A stretch of 64,000 bases of DNA from sequence record MW460245.1. One strand, written 5' to 3'. A model generated the notes under the pieces. That model was not told the origin of the DNA, did no database searches, and worked only from the letters and a program-made list of their open reading frames with translations. Of the stretch, positions 46,655 to 54,344 are shown in pieces; position 1 is the first letter of the stretch, and every line of letters starts with the position of its first letter. A program made the translations under genes and the position numbers.

Positions 46655-48295
46655 TTACGTTTTCACTGCGTAGAGAGCATTGCCCTTCTTCACGATGGTC
46701 GTGGGTGGACCTTGCGTCTTAGCACCTCCAGGAGCCGTCTGCTGCACCTGCGTTTCCTGTGAAGATGGTTTGCGCGGTCGGTCGACAGCAGTACCTTCCT
46801 TGTACGCTACCTGTTGTGCAGGTAGCGAGGTAGTGGCATCTTGCGAATAGCCCGCCGCCTGTTGCGTTACCGATTCAGCGAGCGCACCTCCGGTAGCGAG
46901 CTGCTCAATAGGAGCGAACTTGCCGAGGAACGTATCGTAGACTTCCTGCGCCGTCTTAGCCCTACCTGTCTTCTTGTCGGTGAACACCCAGTAGTTAGCC
47001 TTCGCTGCCTTCTCATCGACAAGCGACGAGGCCAGTGCATTCGGGTTAGCCTTTAGTCCTGAAAGGAACTGACGACCACCACCAGGCCCCAAGAAGTGGC
47101 CAAAATACAGGTCAGTGGTGTTCGGATTCGGAACTGCCTTGCTAATCGACGGCCATACCTCATGCTTCAGGTACGCCGCACCCATCACCGCGTTGGCAAC
47201 CGGATCATAGATATCAGCGTCAGGCGAAACGTTGTACCGCGGACCGTATGCCTTCAAGGTGCTGTTCCAAGTCCCGCGGGTGAACTGGAAGAGACCTCGT
47301 GCAGAGGACGTTGCCACGCCGGCCTGGGGATCGAATCGGCTTTCAATAGCAGCGAATGCGGTCAGCGTTCCTACGGGCATACCAGTGCGCTGGCTAGCGA
47401 TGTTGATTGCTTGTTCGACCGTTGCGCTACGCTTTGACAGCAACGCCTCAGCATTGCTCATCTGCCCCTTGGTAGCCTGATAGTTCGTTGCGCCTACCGT
47501 AGCGTTCACCACTCCAGTAGACACACCAACTTGCGTGACACCTACAGCAGCGTCATCAACTACCTCGCCAATGATGTCACCGAACCCCATGAACTTCGCT
47601 ATGAGGCGAGTGAAGATATTCGAGACATGCAACGGCTTGGAGGCTTGAGGTGGAGCAGGTTCGTCCTTGTTGAAGAACTTTTTGTACATCCACCAGCCTG
47701 TTGCGGCTATACCCCCGACTGCCAGAGCAGCTAGTGCAGTCAAGGGGTTCATCGCAATGAAGCCGACGACCATCTCAATGATTGGTACGATGACCGCTCG
47801 TATGAGGGTGGAAGCAATGAACCGCAAGGCGTTCCAGATGATGCGAACAGCAAAGCGTCCTACAGTCCGCACTACGGCCTTGGCAATCATCTTGACGCCG
47901 CGAATGACGATCCGTTTACCTACGAACTTCGCCACTTTCATCATCCACTTGCCACCGCGACCTACACCACCAGTTTCTTCCTGATCGCGTTCAATGATTG
48001 CTTGGGTCTGTGCGGCGTCAGCCGCTGCAAGGACGAATTCGTTCTGTTCAAGACCCTCCTGCTTCGCCAGCTTAGCCAGCGCAGCAATGGACAACGCAAT
48101 CGGGTTATTCTGCTTCGCTACCTTCTTCTCTTCCTTGTCGAACTTGCCATCGTCACGCTCCGTGCCAAGATCAACAGCACGAAAGCCAACGTCCTTCTCG
48201 GCGCTGTCTTTCGTGCTCTCCTTCACATCATCATGATGCTTCTGCTTTTCGCCAGGCCGACCAGCGACCCAACGGCGCACGTCGGTTAGCTTCAT
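46655..48295 (-). CDS. Tail-associated lytic transglycosylase (SLT)
   Basis: AAIESRFDP, SSARGLFQF..GTW, LYFGHFLGPGG; hydrophobic stretch NPLTALAALAVGGIAATGWWMY. Confidence 0.85.
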   Translation of the reverse strand: MKLTDVRRWVAGRPGEKQKHHDDVKESTKDSAEKDVGFRAVDLGTERDDGKFDKEEKKVAKQNNPIALSIAALAKLAKQEGLEQNEFVLAAADAAQTQAIIERDQEETGGVGRGGKWMMKVAKFVGKRIVIRGVKMIAKAVVRTVGRFAVRIIWNALRFIASTLIRAVIVPIIEMVVGFIAMNPLTALAALAVGGIAATGWWMYKKFFNKDEPAPPQASKPLHVSNIFTRLIAKFMGFGDIIGEVVDDAAVGVTQVGVSTGVVNATVGATNYQATKGQMSNAEALLSKRSATVEQAINIASQRTGMPVGTLTAFAAIESRFDPQAGVATSSARGLFQFTRGTWNSTLKAYGPRYNVSPDADIYDPVANAVMGAAYLKHEVWPSISKAVPNPNTTDLYFGHFLGPGGGRQFLSGLKANPNALASSLVDEKAAKANYWVFTDKKTGRAKTAQEVYDTFLGKFAPIEQLATGGALAESVTQQAAGYSQDATTSLPAQQVAYKEGTAVDRPRKPSSQETQVQQTAPGGAKTQGPPTTIVKKGNALYAVKT

Positions 48296-48297
48296 AC

Positions 48298-50199
48298 TTA
48301 CGCCCCAATACCGAGGTTGATCACCATCAGGCCATCACCAACACCAGACGTCAGACCATAGGATCCCATACCGATTGCCTTCGCGCTACCACTCGCCTTT
48401 GGCGCAGTTGTTGCCGCTGCTTGTGCTGCCTGCTCGCCAGGTACTTGCGGCACCGTTGCCCCACTCCTGAACACAACAGAGTTCTGGGAGACAGACGACG
48501 TGGTGCTACGTCCCGGTGCGTTGAAGTTGAACGCATTCGTAACGGTGCTCCGGTTCGACCCCATCGGCGCAGTGCTTACAGGCTGCGTGTTGTCGAGGAT
48601 GTCAGTCCCTGATGCCAGCGCTGCGGCAGTGCCTGTAGAACCTGCAGGTTTGTACGGCGTGGTCGCAGCGTTCTGATCACCTACAAGGCCCTTAGTAGCA
48701 GCCCCACCGACTGCGGCAGTAGAAGGCGGACCCATGAATGATGGTGACGACTCAGAGCCTGAGTTGTACTTTCCTGCTGCACGCAGCATTTCATCCGCAG
48801 CAGCATTGTTGGCCGCTTTCTGAGCCATCGGACCGTAGCCGGTTTGCTCAGCACCAGTCTTAGGGGTGAACAGACTCTTACCCCACTCCCATACCGTCTT
48901 ACCTGCACCGACTGCAATCTCCTTCGCCTTGTCCTTTGCCTTCGTAGCAAGGTTGGTGATAGTTTCCCACAAGGAATTGGCAATCCCCTTGTAGTCGATC
49001 TTTTGCAGCTTGTCCCACACCCAACCCAAGGCGTCACCACCTATGTCCTTGGCCTTACCCCACCAATCGACAAAGGTATTCTTGATGTTCTCCCAACTGA
49101 GGGTCTCACCAAGCTTCTTGGCTATGGTCGTGATGAGGCCAGGAGCCATGATCGCCATCATCGCGCCTTTCAGCAGGTTCGTCCACAGACCACCGGACGT
49201 CAGCGCATCCTTTACCTTCCCTGCCTTGCCTTTCAGCCAGTGGCCACCAAGCTTGAGTTTCCGTAACCATCGGTTCTCACGCTTGTCGTCACGTTCGTCC
49301 TCAGTGCTACCTCGTTTGCGGACCCAGTCCAACATAGACTTCAGGCTACCGCTTAATAGCTCTGTGAATGAGGCTTGCTTCTTGCTGTTATCGACAATCG
49401 CGTCCTGGTTCTTTGGACTCATCAGAGCAGTAACAGCAGTCTGCCCTACTTCCTTTGCCTTACCGATGACATTCTTGCCAGCTTCCGCTGTGCCGCTAAT
49501 CATCTTTTTCAGCAAGCCCATCGACGTGTTGACGATACCGCCCGTACCAGGCGCAGTACCTCCGCCACGCAGCTCACGTGCCACGTCAATGATGGTCTTA
49601 CGGAATGCAGTGATTACGCGCTCTTCAATCTGGTCGAGACGCTTATCCCAAATCGCGTTGTCGCGGTCTTCTGCTTCCTGCTTCTCCTTCTCTTGCTGCT
49701 GTACTTCTTTTGCCTTCTGCACGTGTGCATCGGCGTCTTCATGCTCTTTACGGCGTTCGACAGCAGGCTTCATGAACTCGCGGAACTTGTCGAAGTGCGA
49801 GGTCATGCTCTTCTCGGTCCGCTCGTCCTGTGCTTCCAGTTTGCGGTCGAGAATGCTATCGACAGTCTCTACGAGGTCAGGACCAAACTCCTTGAACTGA
49901 CGATCCAGTGCCTGTTCAAAGAGCTTCGCAGTCTGTTCCTCGGTAAGAGGTTCCTTACCCTTCTTCGCCCGATCCGCTGCAATCTTTGCCAGCAGGATGT
50001 CAGCGGCCTCGTTCATTGACTCGAGGCCTTGCTCAAAGATGCGGGCAGCTAGAAGGTCGTACTTCTTAAGGGTCGCACCGAGCCGATCGAAGTCAGCGGG
50101 CTTCCCCTCACCTTTCATGATCTTCTCGAGGGAAGATTCAGAGGCGGCTTCCAGCTGCCGCCACTTCTGTTCCTCCTTCGCGGTTTTGAACTGACCCAT
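48298..50199 (-). CDS. Tape-measure-like helical protein (putative)
   Basis: Coiled-coil N-half, W-spaced amphipathic repeats (W....K...W), G/S/T/A tail; lies between chaperone and SLT. Confidence 0.5.
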   Translation of the reverse strand: MGQFKTAKEEQKWRQLEAASESSLEKIMKGEGKPADFDRLGATLKKYDLLAARIFEQGLESMNEAADILLAKIAADRAKKGKEPLTEEQTAKLFEQALDRQFKEFGPDLVETVDSILDRKLEAQDERTEKSMTSHFDKFREFMKPAVERRKEHEDADAHVQKAKEVQQQEKEKQEAEDRDNAIWDKRLDQIEERVITAFRKTIIDVARELRGGGTAPGTGGIVNTSMGLLKKMISGTAEAGKNVIGKAKEVGQTAVTALMSPKNQDAIVDNSKKQASFTELLSGSLKSMLDWVRKRGSTEDERDDKRENRWLRKLKLGGHWLKGKAGKVKDALTSGGLWTNLLKGAMMAIMAPGLITTIAKKLGETLSWENIKNTFVDWWGKAKDIGGDALGWVWDKLQKIDYKGIANSLWETITNLATKAKDKAKEIAVGAGKTVWEWGKSLFTPKTGAEQTGYGPMAQKAANNAAADEMLRAAGKYNSGSESSPSFMGPPSTAAVGGAATKGLVGDQNAATTPYKPAGSTGTAAALASGTDILDNTQPVSTAPMGSNRSTVTNAFNFNAPGRSTTSSVSQNSVVFRSGATVPQVPGEQAAQAAATTAPKASGSAKAIGMGSYGLTSGVGDGLMVINLGIGA

Positions 50200-50226
50200 G
50201 ACATACTCCAGTTATTCAGTACAGCC

Positions 50227-50457
50227 TCAGCTCACGTAAATCTTGCCTTCCTCCGCTGCCTTCCGCTTGTCCTCTTGAATCTTGAACGCACGGTCAGACA
50301 GGTTCATGAAGTCGAGAACAGGCAGGTCATCGAATGGGGTGCCTACGTGCATCTGCGTTGCGATGACTGCCTTTCGGTCTGCTATCTCAACTCTCGAACT
50401 CAAAGGCAAGAAACGAGTGTGCGTCGAGAGAGAGCTCAGTCTCCCGCGACGCACCAC
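50227..50457 (-). CDS. Overlapping short ORF; candidate frameshift extension of the tail chaperone (T/gp51-like)
   Basis: Open frame overlaps the last codons of the 50387 gene; the internal ATG (50352) lacks a clear RBS. Confidence 0.5.
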   Translation of the reverse strand: MVRRGRLSSLSTHTRFLPLSSRVEIADRKAVIATQMHVGTPFDDLPVLDFMNLSDRAFKIQEDKRKAAEEGKIYVS

Positions 50458-51739
50458 ACTCCTTGCAGCGAACGCGAATGCGCTCCTGAACTCCGTAGTT
50501 GGTAGAGACAGACTCGAAATGCTTCACCTTTTCGATGTCTTCGATTTCGAAGTCACCAAGGGCTTCGACGCGTTCTTCGATGGTTGCATAAACACCATCA
50601 GTGCGACCGATCGAGGACGCAAGCTGGGCGAGGAAGTCGAATTCAGAATCACCAGACTTCTTGCACTCCAGATAATCCAGCGAATCGATCATGCGTGCCG
50701 GTTGCACCTGCCAGCCCTCTGCGCTCAGACTCCAGTCCACGTCCGGAAGCGTTTCCAGTTCCTTGAGGTCAAGGGTAGACTTCGTGATTAGTTCAGAGAT
50801 CAGCAGCGACTCTTCCTTCATCTGACCAGCTTCCACTGCGGCGATGTGGCGCGGATTCGTACACGTCGTCCGATGGATGTACTGACTCTTGGTATAGTAG
50901 TGCTGGCGGATGTAGTACAGCATGAAGTAGAAGTCAGGCAGCGTCAGCAGGTACGCCGGTGCAACCGGACGCATGATACCATCCTGACCTATGAACTGCA
51001 CACCACCACTCGTGCTGTACGTGAGATCAGCCATCACCTCGACCATCGGCTGCAGGCTGCGCTGCTCATGCGCAAGCGCGATCTTCGCCAGGTTTCGCCC
51101 CTTCGGTGACCGCACATACAGGTCGTTGAAGTCATAGAAGAAAAAGCGCGAGGGCAGAGCCACAGAGATGCCTTCACCGTCCGTGACCGGGCCACTGAAC
51201 GCAGGCGGTGCAACAGGGACAGTGCTTTGAACAGCTTGTGCGGCAGCCGTTTGTTGCGGTACTGCTTGCTGGCGCTGCACTTGGTTCGGATGCTGACCAC
51301 GTTGTGCCATCATCGTCGCATACATCGGATGCTCAGGGTTCGGCGAACCGTCTGCCAGCGTCGGCTTGATACCCAGCGCCTTCACACCGTTACCCATCAC
51401 TGCTGCTTCGAGCTGCGGCCCCAACGGCTGCGAGCGATCTACGAAACCTTGAGCCGGTTGATGCGGTTGAGTCGTACCGAGGGGAGGCTGCGCAGCAGGT
51501 TGCTGGTTCGTGGTCGGCGGAACAAAACCACGAGGTGCTTCGTGCTGAGGTGCAGCATGGATCGGACCAGTCGAAGACGAATCGACAGGCTGCATCACTG
51601 GTTGGTCATCACCGACCATGCGTTGCTTTTTCTGCATCATTTGCGCGTACTTGGATGGTGCATTGGGATCATGCTTTGCAGCATGGGCTTCCATTGCCGC
51701 TATTTTCTCGGCAGGGAAGGGGAAGAATTCTGCGGCCAT
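50387..51739 (-). CDS. Tail/baseplate assembly chaperone (T4 gp26-like) with Q/P-rich N-terminus
   Basis: LPSR..FY...L.VR; L.L.DF.F.LYYIR; TC; C-terminal CKECG; low-complexity first ~190 aa. Confidence 0.65.
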   Translation of the reverse strand: MAAEFFPFPAEKIAAMEAHAAKHDPNAPSKYAQMMQKKQRMVGDDQPVMQPVDSSSTGPIHAAPQHEAPRGFVPPTTNQQPAAQPPLGTTQPHQPAQGFVDRSQPLGPQLEAAVMGNGVKALGIKPTLADGSPNPEHPMYATMMAQRGQHPNQVQRQQAVPQQTAAAQAVQSTVPVAPPAFSGPVTDGEGISVALPSRFFFYDFNDLYVRSPKGRNLAKIALAHEQRSLQPMVEVMADLTYSTSGGVQFIGQDGIMRPVAPAYLLTLPDFYFMLYYIRQHYYTKSQYIHRTTCTNPRHIAAVEAGQMKEESLLISELITKSTLDLKELETLPDVDWSLSAEGWQVQPARMIDSLDYLECKKSGDSEFDFLAQLASSIGRTDGVYATIEERVEALGDFEIEDIEKVKHFESVSTNYGVQERIRVRCKECGASRETELSLDAHSFLAFEFES

Positions 51740-51781
51740 GTCTGTAGGCTCCTAGGGTTGTTAACCTATCTATTTACTGCG

Positions 51782-52960
51782 TTAGAAGAAACTGCCGATG
51801 CCTTTGACGAGGTCAAGACCTTTGTCGATAGCAGCCGAACCAAGCTTGTTGATCGCGGCCTGGGCAAAGCTAGGGAAGTCATGCGGGTTATTCACCACAC
51901 CTTGAACCATCGCACCATCAACAGGGAGGATGTTCATGAAGACATCGCCTACACTAAAGTTCACCTGATACGTGAGGCGATCTGACGCGCCGCTATTGAG
52001 ACTCAGGGCATCGATGTTCACCGGCCAGCATTCCGTGTACTGGATGATTGCCAGCTCTTGCCGGATGACTGACAGCAGGTATATGTTGATGCTCTTCTTG
52101 TAGTCGATCGGTCGACCGAAGCCACCACCCATCGTTGCTGCGCTGGAGGCACTGAAAGGCTTCAGCACTTGGTTATGCCACGCCTGAAGATATGACAGCG
52201 CAACGTTATTGCAGTCAGCATAGATACCAAGACGCAGGTTATCAACGCTGTACTTGTCGGCGTAGTGGCGGTCACGACCTTCACGGAAGATCGAACGCGT
52301 ACCGAACTGTCGGAAAGGCATGTTAGCCTCCTCGACGTAGTACCAAGGTAGTTCGACCGCACCTTGCACTGCTGCTACTGAACCACCAAATACAGAACCA
52401 CCAATGGTCGATACGATCTGACCGGGAATGCCAGGGAGACCCGCTGTCAGGGAACCAACTGCGGCATTACCGAGGCCAGCCAAAAGCCCACTAGATGCAT
52501 TTGAGATCGGCGAGGACGAACCGATGACAGGCAGCTGGGCATACCAGCAATAGCTCATCATAGGGTCAGCACGAGCTTGAGCACCTAGGAGAGCGTGACC
52601 AAGCGGTACACCACCGCTACCTGAAGCAGGGCTATCAACACCAATGATCTGGCCTGGGTTGAAGATGGAGTTGCCACCAAGCCCCTGAATAGCAGCGCCG
52701 AAGATGTCTTGAGGTGCGCTAGTTACCTTACCAAGTGCGCCCTGCCAGTCGCCGTTGAGGGCGTCCATGGCTGCGCCAACTGCACTATTGATGCCTTGGT
52801 TAAGGACGTTCGAGACCGTTCCACTAACGCGGTTGTTGATCTCGTTCTTGGCGTTTTGAATCACGCCGTTGACCGCACTCTGAACACCGCGAACCTGGCC
52901 ATCGACCTGACTCTTAACCTGCTGTTTTGCGTTACCGATTATGTCGTTGAGGAAACTCAT
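51782..52960 (-). CDS. Tail tube/initiator (gp19/gp54-fold) protein with Gly-rich N-terminus
   Basis: YVEEANMPF, L.L.IY.D.......YLQAW, Y...WPVNI..L.L......V.F: gp19 fold pattern. Confidence 0.7.
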   Translation of the reverse strand: MSFLNDIIGNAKQQVKSQVDGQVRGVQSAVNGVIQNAKNEINNRVSGTVSNVLNQGINSAVGAAMDALNGDWQGALGKVTSAPQDIFGAAIQGLGGNSIFNPGQIIGVDSPASGSGGVPLGHALLGAQARADPMMSYCWYAQLPVIGSSSPISNASSGLLAGLGNAAVGSLTAGLPGIPGQIVSTIGGSVFGGSVAAVQGAVELPWYYVEEANMPFRQFGTRSIFREGRDRHYADKYSVDNLRLGIYADCNNVALSYLQAWHNQVLKPFSASSAATMGGGFGRPIDYKKSINIYLLSVIRQELAIIQYTECWPVNIDALSLNSGASDRLTYQVNFSVGDVFMNILPVDGAMVQGVVNNPHDFPSFAQAAINKLGSAAIDKGLDLVKGIGSFF

Positions 52961-52976
52961 GACCACCCCTAAGGGC

Positions 52977-53163
52977 GGGAGATACGGCTGAAAGGCGAAC
53001 CTCGGGAATCAGCCATACTCCCGGGTTTATGGAAAGTTACTTAGCCACTTAGTGGTCTAAAAAGCGGCAGGGCTCGGCGATCGGTCACCGTAGTACAACC
53101 CTGCCAATCTATCTGGTGTAGGAGCAACCCTTTCCTATTCGGAGCTACAGACCTCCAACACCA
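52977..53163 (-). ncRNA. Highly structured intergenic RNA candidate (includes a probable terminator at 53060-53105)
   Basis: Three predicted domains: a TGGTG/CACCA-closed multiloop; a GGCAGGG/CCCTGCC stem followed by GCTTTTT; a 14-bp stem capped by AGG-TTCG-CCT. Confidence 0.5.
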
Positions 53164-53179
53164 CACGCCGATTGGGTCC

Positions 53180-53575
53180 TTACTTAACCTGCTTGCTGGT
53201 CAAAGGTGCCGTGATACGATAGTCACCTACAGCCGGCGGGTTGTCCAAGTCCGAATACAACGATTCGTCTCTCGGTTGAATCGGTTGGATAGCAAACCGC
53301 ATGCCTTCCGGATCACGTTGAAAGCATTTCGATCCTGCAGGAAGATGCCAGTTAGCAGGCGGTGCAATTTCCTTCCAGCCTGCACCTTCCAGTTTCCCTA
53401 CAGTTTTCGTCAGTGATGCTTTCGGGATGTGAATGAAGTCTTCGTAAAGGCCGCCACCACCTGTAACGATAGGGCTTTTCAGTAGGGTAGAGATGCCCTT
53501 GAAATACTTTCGATTCACCGGAGCAGCTTCCAGGAGGTTGCTTGCTTTAAGGCGGGCTGCTGCTTGGATTTTCAT
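53180..53575 (-). CDS. Hypothetical protein with MKIQAAARL N-terminus
   Basis: ORF with AAAGG RBS; motif shared with 33011. Confidence 0.7.
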   Translation of the reverse strand: MKIQAAARLKASNLLEAAPVNRKYFKGISTLLKSPIVTGGGGLYEDFIHIPKASLTKTVGKLEGAGWKEIAPPANWHLPAGSKCFQRDPEGMRFAIQPIQPRDESLYSDLDNPPAVGDYRITAPLTSKQVK

Positions 53576-53591
53576 GTTCGACCTTTGTTGG

Positions 53592-54044
53592 TTAGCCCCA
53601 CATCATCGTCAGCATGGGATCGCCATAGTTGAAACCATTCGGCGCCGGACGCAAGAGACTAATGACATCGGGGTTGATCCGCCCCTGCGGTGGGAGGTAA
53701 TAGGCACCCTGTTCAGCAGTGTCCAGATGACCTTCCTTCACGCGCTGGTAAAGATCACGTTGTACCACGGTACAGACCTCGAGAGGAGCCTCAGCCGGAA
53801 TCTGAGGCTGGAGCTCATCAGTCTTGTACTGAAACCACACCTTCGGCAAAGCAGGCAGGTAGGCGCGCCGGGCATTCAACGCGCTCAGCAGACGGTCCAT
53901 GCGAGGATCTTCCGAGACGATAACGATATCCCGGTCACGCATTGCGACCATACCGGATACCATAATCAAGTCTCGGGTCAGCTGGTTCTCTACCTGCGGT
54001 GTGTAGTCATTGTAGACCACACCAATGTAGACCGGCTTTTTCAT
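53592..54044 (-). CDS. Hypothetical protein
   Basis: GAGGTG RBS; packed operon. Confidence 0.7.
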   Translation of the reverse strand: MKKPVYIGVVYNDYTPQVENQLTRDLIMVSGMVAMRDRDIVIVSEDPRMDRLLSALNARRAYLPALPKVWFQYKTDELQPQIPAEAPLEVCTVVQRDLYQRVKEGHLDTAEQGAYYLPPQGRINPDVISLLRPAPNGFNYGDPMLTMMWG

Positions 54045-54056
54045 AGGCTCACCTCG

Positions 54057-54341
54057 TTAGGCTTTCAGGCCTTTGGCAAGTTGTTTCGCCTGGTCAAGGG
54101 TAATTGTGTACACCTTGTTGGGTTCCCGATTCAGGATCAGCCGAATCTTCTTCCCATCCGCCGACTTACGCACACCGAACTCTGTACCCTTGGATACCGT
54201 TACCGGCGTACCTCGGTATGAGAGCTCTACAAGGGCCCGCCCTTTGTAGGTGTAGAAGTCATAGTGCTCAACTGCCTTTGGTGCAGCGAAGACCTTCGAC
54301 TGCGTAAGGCGCGCTGCGGCGTCTGTACAAAACGAATACAT
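54057..54341 (-). CDS. Hypothetical protein (DAAARL motif)
   Basis: Packed behind the probable portal. Confidence 0.7.
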   Translation of the reverse strand: MYSFCTDAAARLTQSKVFAAPKAVEHYDFYTYKGRALVELSYRGTPVTVSKGTEFGVRKSADGKKIRLILNREPNKVYTITLDQAKQLAKGLKA

Positions 54342-54344
54342 TGA

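Noticed and set aside
52977-53163. tRNA or tmRNA in the structured gap
   Set aside because: No cloverleaf with D and T arms, no CCA acceptor geometry and no tag-reading frame recognised.
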